Below, piece after piece: positions 20,916-31,675 of a DNA stretch of 64,000 nt. The notes under the pieces are model-generated. The model worked only from the letters and a program-made list of their open reading frames with translations, did not search any database and had not been told where the DNA came from. The stretch covers positions 448,001 through 512,000 of the forward strand of contig CAWJKZ010000014.1 in the NCBI GenBank assembly GCA_963843575.1, read 5' to 3'. Every line of letters starts with the position of its first letter. Position 1 is the first letter of the stretch. This DNA is from an uncultured Acidobacteriota bacterium (lineage in GTDB: Bacteria; Acidobacteriota; UBA6911). The position numbers were made by a program, and so were the translations under genes.

Positions 20916-22479
20916 ATGGAAATACGCAATATCCTGTCCTGGATTACCTACCTGCCCGCGCTCTTCGGCCTGATCGTGCTGGCCCTCCCCCCCCGCGGGG
21001 AGCGACTGATCAAGAGCATGGCGTTTGCCGGTTCCCTGGCCGTCTTCCTGCTCTCGCTCTCCCTGCTCGGAACCTTTGACGGCAGCCGCGGCGGCATGCA
21101 GTTCGAGGAGTCGGCGCCCTGGATGGACGCGGGCGGGTTTCGCATTGCGCACCATTTAGGCATCGACGGCATCAGCCTGTTCCTGGTGCTCCTCACGACC
21201 TTCATCATGCCCCTGGCCATCCTCTCGTCCTGGCGCTCGGTGGCGCAGCGGTTGCGCCAGTACATGGCGTGCATCCTGGTGCTCGAAACGGGGATCGTCG
21301 GCGTCTTCTGCTCCCTCGACCTCGTGCTCTTCTACGTGTTCTGGGAGGTCATGCTGATCCCGATGTATTTCCTGATCGGGATCTGGGGGGGGGAGCGCCG
21401 GATATATGCGGCCGTCAAGTTCATCCTCTACACGATGGCGGGCTCGCTCTTGATGCTCGTCGCCATCCTGTACCTGTTCTACCACGCGGGATCGACGTTT
21501 GACTGGGTGCGGATCTCACAGAACCTGGCCTCCGGGGCCGTGCAAATCACCCCGAACGAGGAGTTCTGGCTGTTTTTGGCATTCCTACTGGCCTTTGCGA
21601 TCAAGGTGCCGCTCTTCCCCTTCCACACCTGGCTTCCGGATGCCCACGTCGAAGCCCCGACCGCAGGCTCCGTGATCCTGGCCGCGGTCCTGCTGAAAAT
21701 GGGAACCTACGGGCTGCTGCGCTTCTGTCTCCCGCTCTTCCCCACCGCATCGCTCAGCGCGGCCCCGGTCCTTTCGATCCTCGGGCTGATTGGGGTCGTC
21801 TACGGTGCGCTGGTCGCCATGGTGCAGCCCGATCTGAAGAAGCTGGTAGCCTACTCCTCGGTCAGTCACATGGGCCTCATCGTCGTAGGGATCTTCGCCT
21901 TCACGACCCAAGGGCTGCAGGGTTCGACCCTCCAGATGCTGAACCACGGTCTCTCGACCGGAGCCTTGTTCCTCCTGGTCGGCATGATCTACGAGCGCCG
22001 GCACACGCGGCAGATTTCGCAATTCGGAGGGCTGGCGCACGTCAGCCCCATACTGGCCTCGTTTTTCCTGGTGGTGACCCTCTCGTCGATCGGTCTCCCC
22101 GGCATGAACGGCTTTGTGGGCGAAGTGCTGGTCCTGCTCGGGACCTTTGTGCAGAACCGCACCTACGCCGCAATCGCCGCGCTCGGGATGATCCTCGGCG
22201 CCGTCTACATGTTGTGGATGTACCAGCGGGTTTTCTTCGGCAAGGTGACCGTCCCCGAGAACGCGAGCATGGGTGACATCGGTGCGCGCGAGGTGGCCTT
22301 GTTGGTACCGATCGTGGCGCTCATGTTCTGGATGGGAGTCTACTCCAGCGCCGTTCCTCGGGCGCATGGAGGCCAGCCTGCGGGTGGTGCAGGACCGCAT
22401 CCAGCACGCGCGCGCGCCCGAAGGCGGGTTCCGGGTCGAACAGCTGCGCCTGCCGGCCCTCGAGGAGGCGAAACGGTGA
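20916..22479 (+). CDS. nuoM: NADH-quinone oxidoreductase subunit M (copy 1), +1 frameshift near 22348
   Basis: FWEVMLIP, HTWLPDAHVEAP, LLKMG; natural C-terminus APFLGRMEAS...EEAKR* lies in the +1 frame and ends at TGATG. Confidence 0.9.
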
Positions 22480-23921
22480 TGATCTCCGATCTCGTCCCCC
22501 TGGTGCCCCAACTGATCCTGGTGATCGCCGGGATGGCCCTGATGCTCCTGGAGCCGTTCACCCCTGCGGAGCGCAAGGGCCGAATGGGGCAGATCGCCGT
22601 CATGGCCACGGCGGTCGCCGCCTACAGCCTCGCCTTTCAGTGGACGGGGCAGCCTCGCAGCGTCTTCGGCGGCATGATCATCGTCGACCGCTACAGCACC
22701 TTTTTCCAGTGGCTTTTCCTGGTGATCACGGGCGTCTGCGCCCTCGTCTCCATGCGCTTCAACCAACGGGAGTCGATCGACCGGGGTGAATACTACGCCC
22801 TGCTCCTGTTCGCCTGTTCGGGCATGTCGCTCATGGCCTCGAGCGGCGACCTGATCCTCACCTTCCTCGGCATTGAGATTCTGTCGATCGCCACCTACAT
22901 CCTGGCCGGATTCAAGCGCAATGACCCGAAGTCCAACGAGTCGTCCCTGAAATACTTCCTCCTCGGGTCGTTTGCGACGGCGTTCCTCCTTTACGGCATC
23001 GCCCTCGTCTATGGCAGCACGGGGAGCACCAACTACATGGTGATCCGCACGATGGCCTCGGCTTCGACGGCGCCGCAAGCCACGATGCTCATGGGAATGG
23101 TCCTCCTGCTGGTCGGGTTCGGCTTCAAGATCGCGCTGGTCCCCTTCCACGCCTGGGTGCCCGACGTGTACGAGGGGGCGCCGACGGCCGTGACTGCATT
23201 CATGACCGTCGGGCCGAAAGCCGCGGGCTTCGCGGCACTGATCCGGGTCCTGACGGAGGCCATACCGTTCCTCGGTTTCGACTGGACCCTGCTCCTCTGG
23301 GTCTGTGCAGTCTTGACGATGACTCTCGGCAACATCGTCGCCGTGCTCCAGAACAACATCAAGCGCATGCTGGCCTACTCGGCCATCGCGCACGCGGGGT
23401 ATATCCTCGTCGGCGTCGTGGCCAACAGCGAAGCCGGGTTCGGCGCGGTGCTGTTCTACCTCGTCGTGTACACGGTGATGAACCTGGGCGCCCTCAGCAT
23501 CGTGCTCTCCCTGAGCCGCCAAGGGGACCGCAGGGTGAACATGGAGGACTATGAGGGCCTCGGCCGGAACTCCCCTTTTCTCGCCGCTGCGCTTTCGGTC
23601 TTCCTGGTGTCGCTGGCCGGCATCCCGCTGACGGGCGGTTTCATGGGCAAGTTCTACCTGTTCAGCGCGGCCATCCAGCAGGGCTACATCGGCCTGGCGA
23701 TCATCGGGGTGCTCAACAGCCTGTTGTCGGTTTTTTATTACTTCCGCATCCTCATCGTCATGTATATGAAGGAACCGGCCGAGGCGCTCCAGGAGCCCGC
23801 CCCCGTGGCGCTGCCGGTGCTCGCCATCATTGCGATTGGCGTGGTCGGCATCATCTGGCTTGGAGTCTACCCGTCGGAGATTCTGAATCTTGCGGCGCAC
23901 TCCATCCCTGGCCTAAAATAG
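22479..23921 (+). CDS. nuoN: NADH-quinone oxidoreductase subunit N
   Basis: Own RBS GAGGAGG; ESSLKYF, PFHAWVPDVYEGAP, KRMLAYS, GFMGKF. Confidence 0.93.
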   Translation: MISDLVPLVPQLILVIAGMALMLLEPFTPAERKGRMGQIAVMATAVAAYSLAFQWTGQPRSVFGGMIIVDRYSTFFQWLFLVITGVCALVSMRFNQRESIDRGEYYALLLFACSGMSLMASSGDLILTFLGIEILSIATYILAGFKRNDPKSNESSLKYFLLGSFATAFLLYGIALVYGSTGSTNYMVIRTMASASTAPQATMLMGMVLLLVGFGFKIALVPFHAWVPDVYEGAPTAVTAFMTVGPKAAGFAALIRVLTEAIPFLGFDWTLLLWVCAVLTMTLGNIVAVLQNNIKRMLAYSAIAHAGYILVGVVANSEAGFGAVLFYLVVYTVMNLGALSIVLSLSRQGDRRVNMEDYEGLGRNSPFLAAALSVFLVSLAGIPLTGGFMGKFYLFSAAIQQGYIGLAIIGVLNSLLSVFYYFRILIVMYMKEPAEALQEPAPVALPVLAIIAIGVVGIIWLGVYPSEILNLAAHSIPGLK

Positions 23922-23953
23922 TCTAACGCCCTTCGTAACGCCGGAGTTTTCCC

Positions 23954-24424
23954 ATGATCGACGTCCGCAAGAAGTTGCAGGAGGATCTGAACGCGATCGA
24001 GCGCGAGCTTCGCGTCGACTTGCCCAGGGAAATTCTCCGGGCGCGGGAACACGGCGACCTCAGTGAGAACGCGGAGTACAAGGCCGCCAAGGAGCGGCAA
24101 TCCTATCTCGAGGGGCGGAAGGCGCAATTGCAGAAGCGTCTGGCGTCGCTGTCGCTCGTCAACCTCGACAAGATCCCGACGGACCGCGCCGCCTACGGGT
24201 CGCGCGTGGTCCTGTACGATTTCGAGGCGGACCGTGAGGTTGAATACCGCCTCGTCACGCCGGAAGAGTCGGACCTGTCCAAGGGGCTCATCTCGATCAC
24301 CTCACCGATCGGTCGCAGCCTGGTCGGGAAGATGGTCGGGGACGGGGTGGAGATCGTCACCCCCGGGGGCCGTCGGGACTACGAACTGCGCGGCCTGATC
24401 ACAATCCACGAAATCGAGGAATAG
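23954..24424 (+). CDS. greA: Transcription elongation factor GreA
   Basis: HGDLSENAEY, IS.TSPIGR. Confidence 0.93.
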   Translation: MIDVRKKLQEDLNAIERELRVDLPREILRAREHGDLSENAEYKAAKERQSYLEGRKAQLQKRLASLSLVNLDKIPTDRAAYGSRVVLYDFEADREVEYRLVTPEESDLSKGLISITSPIGRSLVGKMVGDGVEIVTPGGRRDYELRGLITIHEIEE

Positions 24425-24554
24425 AGACCGCGGGAGGACGCCCGGGCACGATGCGCCGTGAGGCGCGGAGCGGCCGGAGTGCGCACCGCGCTTCGGGGCC
24501 CTGGTGATCACGGCCCCGAGGCGCGCGCGTCTGCCAGTGCAGGATGGGCTGAAC

Positions 24555-24881
24555 TCAGACGTAGAGCAGCATCATGATGACGACGAACGTCAGCAGCGCC
24601 AGGAACTCGATGAATGCCAGTCCGAGGAAGATGAAGATGCGGATCGTGTCGGTAGCACCCGGGTTGCGCGACACGCCCTCGCAGGCGGCCGTCAGCGCGC
24701 GACTTTGCGCGTAGCCGCAACCGGCCGCGGCGAGCGCCATCCCGAAACCCGACGTGATCACCAGCCACTGCCCCTTCGCGGGTGCGGCGGCCCCACCCGC
24801 CTCCCCTTGCGCAAAAACCGGTACGGCCAGCATCAGGAACACGAATGTAAGGATTAGAGCAGGAACTAACTTTCGGCCCAT
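24555..24881 (-). CDS. atpE: ATP synthase Fo subunit c with N-terminal extension
   Basis: RNP loop, GLAFIE ion-binding Glu; follows atpB. Confidence 0.92.
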   Translation of the reverse strand: MGRKLVPALILTFVFLMLAVPVFAQGEAGGAAAPAKGQWLVITSGFGMALAAAGCGYAQSRALTAACEGVSRNPGATDTIRIFIFLGLAFIEFLALLTFVVIMMLLYV

Positions 24882-24942
24882 CAGAAGTCTCCTTTCAGTG
24901 AATCAGATATCCGTGGCGCGGATTTGTCCGGACGGTTGTCCT

Positions 24943-25737
24943 TTAAGCCGCCGCCGCTTGAGTTTGTGGGTGCACGGGGGCGTCGGCGTGCGGTTCCGCG
25001 TGCGCCTCCTCGTGCGCGTCTTCGACCGCGCCCGAGATGTAGACCATGGTCAGCAGCACGAAAATGAATGCCTGGATCGTGCCGGCAAAGAGCGCGAGAA
25101 ACATCACCGGCACCGAGGTCAGGAACGGGAAAATATACTGGTTCAGCGACCCGATGATCAGTTCCTCGGCAAAGATGTTGCCGAAAAGCCGCATGCTGAG
25201 CGAAAAAGGCCGTGCCATGTGGCTGACGATCTCCACCGGGAACAGCAGCCAGGCGAGCCACCAGACCGGACCGGCGAAGTGCTTCAGGTACTTCAGAAAC
25301 CCGTGTTTGCGGATCCCCTGGTAGTTGTAATACAGGAAAACGCAGATGGCGCACGACGCCGTCACGTTCAGGTTGCTGGTCGGCGACAGGAATCCCGGCA
25401 TCATGCCGAGGAGGTTGCCGAGCAGGATGTATATCGCCAGGGTGAAGATCAGCGGGACGAACTTGCGCGTGTCCTTCCCGATCACATCCTTCATCAGCGA
25501 CTGGATGGCCTCCAGCAGGATCTCGAGGATGTGCTGCAGCCGGGTGGGATTCTCAACGCTCAGCTTGGTCCGCATCCAGAGGGCAAACCCGACCAGGCCC
25601 AGCGCGATGAGCAGGATCATCACGATGTGGTCGGGCAAGGCGTGGTGCCCGTGGGCGGGCACCAAACCCAGCATGCGGGCCAGCGGATCGAACAGGTGCT
25701 CGTTCAGGAACAGGGCTACTTCGCTTGCCTCATGCAT
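24943..25737 (-). CDS. atpB: ATP synthase Fo subunit a
   Basis: RPFSLSMRLFGN, IQAFIF. Confidence 0.95.
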   Translation of the reverse strand: MHEASEVALFLNEHLFDPLARMLGLVPAHGHHALPDHIVMILLIALGLVGFALWMRTKLSVENPTRLQHILEILLEAIQSLMKDVIGKDTRKFVPLIFTLAIYILLGNLLGMMPGFLSPTSNLNVTASCAICVFLYYNYQGIRKHGFLKYLKHFAGPVWWLAWLLFPVEIVSHMARPFSLSMRLFGNIFAEELIIGSLNQYIFPFLTSVPVMFLALFAGTIQAFIFVLLTMVYISGAVEDAHEEAHAEPHADAPVHPQTQAAAA

Positions 25738-25738
25738 A

Positions 25739-26116
25739 CTACTTCCGGCTCTCAAAGGCTTCGAGGAGGCCTTCAACAAAAACGCTGCAGTGGAAGACCG
25801 CAAAACCGGCCACTGCAGCGAAAACGCTCATAAAAAGAAAGCGGATCATAACATACAGGCACAGGGGAATCAATAAAAGGCGGAGGAAAAATCCGCTTAA
25901 AGCGCGCCGTTTCGACCGCTTCGCGTCGTCGAGCAGGAGCCCCTCGATACTCCGGCGCAACCACAGCATGCTTAGCGCCGCCAGCCCGCCCCCGGCCAGG
26001 AACGACAGCCCCGAAAAGGCGCCGTAGAGCAGGAAGACAAGGACGCTCCCTGCGGCTACGAGCACGCCACCGATGACGGGGATGCGTCTCTCAGGATGCC
26101 CCGGGACGCTACTCAT
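25739..26116 (-). CDS. atpI: ATP synthase protein I
   Basis: Four hydrophobic segments, directly upstream of atpB. Confidence 0.75.
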   Translation of the reverse strand: MSSVPGHPERRIPVIGGVLVAAGSVLVFLLYGAFSGLSFLAGGGLAALSMLWLRRSIEGLLLDDAKRSKRRALSGFFLRLLLIPLCLYVMIRFLFMSVFAAVAGFAVFHCSVFVEGLLEAFESRK

Positions 26117-26330
26117 CTGGATTCTGCTGTTCGCGGCTGAGGATCCGGTAGATCTCGTAAAACCCTGCGCCCGCGCCGAAGAGGGTCAGGACGACGGCGG
26201 CGACCGGAAAGGTGCCGAGCATGCGATCGACAGCCCACCCCAGCAACCATCCCGCCCCCATCGAAGAAGGGAGGATCATCACAATGGCCGAAAGGCGCGA
26301 CATCCTGGCGTAAAACGTCCGGTCCGGCAC
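26109..26330 (-). CDS. AtpZ/AtpI-family small membrane protein
   Basis: GW.VDR..GT.P motif; GTG start after GGGGAG. Confidence 0.75.
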   Translation of the reverse strand: MPDRTFYARMSRLSAIVMILPSSMGAGWLLGWAVDRMLGTFPVAAVVLTLFGAGAGFYEIYRILSREQQNPDE

Positions 26331-26439
26331 GATCTGCTCCCCCGAATGCGACGGCCCAATCATTATAGCCGCGGCCAATCGCGCCCGCGCCCAGAAAACT
26401 CTTTGGCGAAACCCGAGGAGTTTGGTAGTCTTTGGCGCC

Positions 26440-26533
26440 GGAGAGGTACCGAAGAGGTCGTACCGGGCTCGACTCGAAATCGAGTTAGGGACCAAAAGTC
26501 TCTACGTGGGTTCGAATCCCACCCTCTCCGCCA
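26440..26533 (+). tRNA. tRNA-Ser(CGA)
   Basis: GGAGAGG acceptor stem, CTCGA-CT[CGA]AA-TCGAG anticodon arm, long variable arm, GGTTCGAATCC, GCCA end. Confidence 0.96.
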
Positions 26534-26570
26534 CATCCACTTAAAATCAATAACTTACAGACAATACTAA

Positions 26571-26768
26571 GTACCCCATTTCGCAAGTACGCTAACGTCT
26601 TCTTGGGATGGAGCTGGTCACCGATTGACCACAGCCGAACGCGGATCTTCGCGGATTTTACGGATTCACGCGGATCGGCCGCGCGCGGCCTGCCACCAGG
26701 TAGCAAGCCGCGTGTATCCGCGCAAATCTGCGTCCTGGGAACGTTAGCGTATTTCTGAACACGAGTAC
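26571..26768. mobile_element. MITE-like element family B, short copy
   Basis: Imperfect TIRs GTACCCCATTTCGCAAGTACGCTAACG / CGTTAGCGTATTTCTGAACACGAGTAC; reverse-complement homolog at 40693-41070. Confidence 0.8.
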
Positions 26769-26771
26769 CTC

Positions 26772-27461
26772 TCAGCTGTTCACCAGCTCGCGCCAGATTC
26801 CCACCTCAACGGCTACGACCGGCCTTTCTATTTCGTCCACCAGAATGTCTATCCTCTCCAGCTGTTTCTGCTCTTCCTGATCCAAATTCCGGCCCTTCCG
26901 AAGATTGCGTCCGGAGCAATAGGAGCTCAGTTCCTTGTCGAGCTCCGTGTAGAGCCGCAGGTAGTTGGGATCGGCGAGGACTCTCTCGACATGCGCGAGT
27001 TCATGCCCAAGGACTTCCGCGTACCGTGCCTTCCTGCTGAGTCCTGCCAACGGCTTGAATTGATCCGCGCCACGGGGCACGCTTTTTGCCGCAGAAGCCC
27101 GGTTGATGGTCGAGAGGAATAGCCGGACGGATATGATGTGCTGACCGCCGCCCTGATCGACCTTTTCGAGGACCATTTCGCCCGCCTTGGAAGGTGCGTT
27201 TTTCGCATGTTTGCCCAGCTCGACAAAGATCAGATGGCCGCTCCCCTCTGCGGATTGCCACAGTTCCTGGAGTCTCGGATGCAGCAACCGGTTGGCGCCG
27301 TCTTTGGCAAACACGATCTCCCGGATCGAATTCCACACTCGAACCTGTTGAGGAGAGAGCCGATCGGTGCGGATAGCCGCCAGAGTTTCGGGAATTTCGG
27401 GAGTCACCGTCAGCAACGAAACCACGAAAATCAGCTTCGATAAAATCGATCGGTGTGCCAT
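26772..27461 (-). CDS. Hypothetical exported protein with HExxH motif
   Basis: Hydrophobic N-terminus, LGHELAH, RBS. Confidence 0.7.
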   Translation of the reverse strand: MAHRSILSKLIFVVSLLTVTPEIPETLAAIRTDRLSPQQVRVWNSIREIVFAKDGANRLLHPRLQELWQSAEGSGHLIFVELGKHAKNAPSKAGEMVLEKVDQGGGQHIISVRLFLSTINRASAAKSVPRGADQFKPLAGLSRKARYAEVLGHELAHVERVLADPNYLRLYTELDKELSSYCSGRNLRKGRNLDQEEQKQLERIDILVDEIERPVVAVEVGIWRELVNS

Positions 27462-27695
27462 GGGGCCTCTCCTTCCGCGGCCTTGTCCTGCCGCGTTCGG
27501 CCCCTAATGCGCAGATTGTTCGGAAAGGGGAACATGCCGTCGATCTTCAATAGCTCGCACCGCCGTGGTAAGGCCCAGGGACATGGAGAGCCGAGCGGGT
27601 AGGGTGATCATTCCCTGCGGGGAGGAGAGTCGGAAGATGGGTGTATAATTGCGGACAATTCGGGATCAGCTTCTCACCAACTTGGGATTGCCGAG

Positions 27696-28223
27696 ATGCC
27701 ATCCCCGCACGAAGTCACTCATCTGCTCCAGGCCTGGTGCGGCGGCGACCAGGCGGCCCTGGATAAGCTCGTCCCTCTGGTTTATGACGAACTGCACAGG
27801 CTGGCCCACATCCACATGGTGCGCGAGCGGCCGCGGCTCATCGATGCCAACCAGGTCCAGTGGCAGGACCGCACCCACTTTTTTGCCATTTCGGCCAATG
27901 TGATGCGCCGCATCCTGGTGCAATTTGCGCGCTCGCGCGGCTCCCGAAAGCGGGGCGGCGGCGCCGGGCGCGTGGACCTCGACGAAGCGCTCATTCCGTC
28001 GCCGGAACGCGATACCGACCTGATAGCGCTGGACGACGCGCTGACTGCGCTGGCCGCGATCGATCCGCGGGAGGCGAGGGTGGTGGAGCTGCGTTTTTTC
28101 GGCGGAATGAGCGTGGACGAGACCGTGGAGATCCTGCAACTCTCGGGCATGACGGTGAAGCGGGATTGGAATCATGCGAAGGCGTGGTTGCTGCAGGAGT
28201 TGAAACGAGGGGCGCGCGGATGA
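27696..28223 (+). CDS. ECF sigma factor (kinase-associated type) with an internal in-frame deletion
   Basis: VTHLLQAW.GGD, LVYDELHRLA, WQDRTHFF, VVELRFFGG, TVKRDW. Confidence 0.85.
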   Translation: MPSPHEVTHLLQAWCGGDQAALDKLVPLVYDELHRLAHIHMVRERPRLIDANQVQWQDRTHFFAISANVMRRILVQFARSRGSRKRGGGAGRVDLDEALIPSPERDTDLIALDDALTALAAIDPREARVVELRFFGGMSVDETVEILQLSGMTVKRDWNHAKAWLLQELKRGARG

Positions 28224-31053
28224 GTATCGATCGGTGGCAGCGGGTCAAGGAGATCTACAACTCGGCCCTCGATCTCGAGCCGGGAGGGCGCGAGGCCTAC
28301 CTGCGAGAGGCCTGCGGGGGAGACCAGTCCCTGCGGCAAGAGGTGGAGGCTCTGCTGGCCAACCTGCCGGAGGCCGAGGGATTCATGAAGGATCCCGCCA
28401 TGGAAGTGGCGGCCCGAGGTCTGGCGAAAGACCAGGAAAACGCGCTGGCGGGAGAGCTGGCGGGCCGCACCGTTTCGCATTACCGCATCATCGAGAAGAT
28501 CGGCCAGGGGGGCATGGGAGAGGTGTTCCTTGCCGAGGACACCTCCCTCCATCGCAAAGTCGCGCTGAAATTCCTGCCGCCGGAAATGCAGCGGGATCCC
28601 GTCGCCCGAAAGCGCTTCCTGCGGGAAGCCCATTCGGCCGCTGCGCTGGACAATCCCTTTATCTGCAGCATCCATGAAGTCGGCGAGTTCGAAGGCAAGG
28701 ACTTCATCGTGATGGAGTACGTGGACGGTCAGATGCTGATGGACAGGCTCCGTCGGGGGCATCTGCCGCTGAAGCAAGTACTGCAGATCGCCACAGAGGT
28801 TACGGAGGCGCTGGAGGCGGCGCACGGGAAGGGGATCATCCACCGGGACCTGAAGCCCGCGAACATCATGCTGACGCGGACAGGTCATGCCAAGGTGATG
28901 GACTTCGGGCTGGCCAAGCAATTGATTCCGCCTGGAGGCATCGACGGTCAGGAGGCCACGGTCACTGCCCTGACCCGCGACGGGTCGACCGTCGGGACGC
29001 TGGCCTACATGTCGCCGGAGCAGTTGCGGGGCGAGACAACCGACGCCCGGTCGGACATATTCTCATTTGGCGTGGTTCTATACGAGATGCTGGCGGGAGT
29101 TCATCCCTTCAGGAAACAGACGGGGATGGACACGGCCGGTGCGATCCTCAACTCCGCCCCTCAGCCTCTTGGCGAGCTCCGCCCGGATACTCCCGCTCTT
29201 CTCCAGCACATTGTGAAGAAGATGCTCGCCAAAGATCCTCAGGATCGGTATCCATCGATGCACGATGTAAAGACCGACCTGAAGGAGTTGATGGAGGAGT
29301 CGAATCGGCCGGCACCGGGGAAACGTCGAGGGCTGAAACCCGTTGTACTGGATTGCCGCAACCGCGTTGGTGGTTGTCGGCGCGGGGATCTGGACGTTTT
29401 TCCAGTTTTTCTCTCGCGGGGCGGCGCTGCCCCCGCCGAGGATTGTGCCCGTAACAACGTCCGGTGGCGAAAAGGCTTCTCCATCGCTTTCACCAGACGG
29501 CAACTGGGTCGCGTTTCCCTGGAGGGGTGAGAAGCAGGACAACTGGGACATCTACGTCAAGGAGTTGGATGGCCCCGGATTCAATCGATTGACGACCGAC
29601 CCGGCAGATGACCGCATCTCCCGCATGGTCTCCCGATGGCCGCCAGATCGCTTTCCTGCGAGCCTCGGGTGATCGATGGATACTGTACCTCATCAGCCCG
29701 TTGGGCGGTGGAGAAAGAAAGCTGGCTGAGGTAGGCGGCGATCAACTGAGCTGGTCGCCAGACGGAAAGAACATCGCATTTGTGGACAGGAAATCGCCGA
29801 AAGATCCGCTGAGCATCTGGTTGCTATCGGTGGAAACGCTGGAAAAGAGAGCAGATGACCGCTCCGGATGTAAGTTACTACGGCGACGAGCGAGCCGGCC
29901 TTTTCACCCGACGGTCGCTACCTTGCATTCGTCAGGGTTAGTGACGCTTGTGAGACCCGCCCTTTATGTCATGGATCTTCCCCGTGGAGAGCCAAGGCTT
30001 GTGACCGACTATCACTGTCCTTATCGGCCATGCTGGACTGCCGACAGCCGCGAGATTGTCTTCAACAGTTGCCTCTCGACAGGAGATGTGGCGTTGTGGC
30101 GGATCTTCGTGGACGGCGGAGAGCCTCGCAGAGTCCCGGCACGTGGCGAGCGGGTTTTTGGGCCCACCATCAGCCGGAATCGTCTGGCGTACGTCAGCTC
30201 AACTGGCAACTCGGACATCTGGAGGCTTGAACTGACCGGGCAGGATGCGATGAAACCGCCATCGAAGCCTTTATTCTCGTGGTCGTCATCTGAGGCGGAC
30301 CAGCGTATTTCACCGGACGGAAGCAGGATCGCCTTCGTGTCCGACAGTTCAGGGAGCATGGAAGTCTGGGTTTGCAGTGCCGACGGCACAAAGCCGATGA
30401 AGCTCACCGACATGAAAGCCGGAAGCACCGGCAGTCCGACCTGGTCTCCCGACGGGAAGAACATTGCTTTCGATTCCACCAAATCGGGGAATAACGACAT
30501 CTATGTGGTGAGCGCCGAAGGGGGGCCGGTGCGCCGGATCACGACAGATTCCACGGAAGAGGCGGTCCCTCGCTGGTCAAGGGACGGTCGCTGGATCTAC
30601 TTCGGCTCGAACAGGAGCGGACGCTGGATGATCTGGAAGGTGCCTTCCGATGGAGGCAAGGCGATTCAGATCACCACGGACGAAGGCCTGGATGCCTGCG
30701 AATCGGCTGACGGGTATGTGTACTACCATGGCTACAATGATCTCCAGAAAAAAGGTATTTGGCGGGTGCCGGCCTCGGGCGGCTCGGAGACGCTCGTACT
30801 GGACAAAGAGATTGGCTCCATGGTTTGGGATTTGTCAGACCGGGGCATCTACTTCATCGATGAAACAGCCAAGCCTATGGCCATATGCTTCTACGATTTT
30901 GCGACCCGGTCCGTAAGTACTCTGGCTCCTGTTCATGGTGATCCGGGATTTGGGGTAAGAGTGGGTTTCAGTGTTTCGCCCGACGGCAAGTGGCTTCTCT
31001 ACTCCGGTGGGATCTGCACTTCCGACATCATGATGATCGACAACTTCCGCTGA
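28220..31053 (+). CDS. Membrane Ser/Thr protein kinase with TolB/PD40 beta-propeller sensor; five apparent +1 frameshifts
   Basis: GQGGMG, VALK, HRDLKPAN, DFG, YMSPE; TM helix; repeated WSPDG motifs across ORFs 27860-29530, 29343-29672 and 29608-31053. Confidence 0.88.
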
Positions 31054-31227
31054 CAGATGTTGTGGACTGATTGCGATGCATCCAATCAGCGTGCAGCGGA
31101 AAGCGGTACCACACTGACCGATCTCCCCGCCATGACCTCAGATGGCCTGCCCGGTTTCGGGTCCTCAGGTCCCTGCGCTCCCACCTGATGCTTTAGTTCG
31201 GATTCGGGTTTCGCACGGGGTCCAAAA

Positions 31228-31269
31228 CAAAAAGGCCGCCTCCGGCCAATCGGCGGGGCGACCTCTTTG
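31228..31269 (-). terminator. Probable terminator of the 31289-31675 gene
   Basis: Imperfect GC stem flanked by an A run (T tract on minus strand). Confidence 0.5.
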
Positions 31270-31288
31270 ACCAACGGCGGTGGTCGGT

Positions 31289-31675
31289 CTAGTTTCCTTC
31301 CACCTTCGTGTGGGCGTGCTTTCCCGGGGCTCCCTGGAGGTGAAAACCGTCCATGCCGGGAAAATAGACTTCCGTGAGGAAGCTTTTATCCTCAGTCTTG
31401 TCGAAAACCATCTGCACCGATTTTCCCGGCCGCGCCGAGAGCCGTGTGAGGACCGGGACGATTACGGTGACGTTGGTGTCAAGGTTGATAACGGTCAAGC
31501 CGTTTCCGTTGGCATTCGGCCGGATGGTGTATTGTCCTGCCGGAAGCTCCTTGTCCCCAGCCGTGAACACAAATGGGATCTTTACCGCCCCAGAGTTCTG
31601 CGCCCACGCAGCCATCCCACCAACGCTCAGCACGATCGCAATTACAGACGACACAAACAACAGTCTCCTCTTCAT
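31289..31675 (-). CDS. Small secreted beta-rich hypothetical protein
   Basis: Signal peptide AWA|Q; KIPFVFTAGDKELPAGQYTI motif. Confidence 0.8.
   Translation of the reverse strand: MKRRLLFVSSVIAIVLSVGGMAAWAQNSGAVKIPFVFTAGDKELPAGQYTIRPNANGNGLTVINLDTNVTVIVPVLTRLSARPGKSVQMVFDKTEDKSFLTEVYFPGMDGFHLQGAPGKHAHTKVEGN

Noticed and set aside
20916-23921. Apparent 1001-aa NuoM-NuoN fusion
   Set aside because: The junction peptide is junk-like. The +1 frame gives a normal NuoM end with TGATG coupling and an RBS for nuoN, matching the window-wide +1 error pattern.
28220-31053. Programmed frameshifting or phase variation in the kinase
   Set aside because: No slippery heptamers or long tracts; five scattered +1 events fit sequencing error or decay better.
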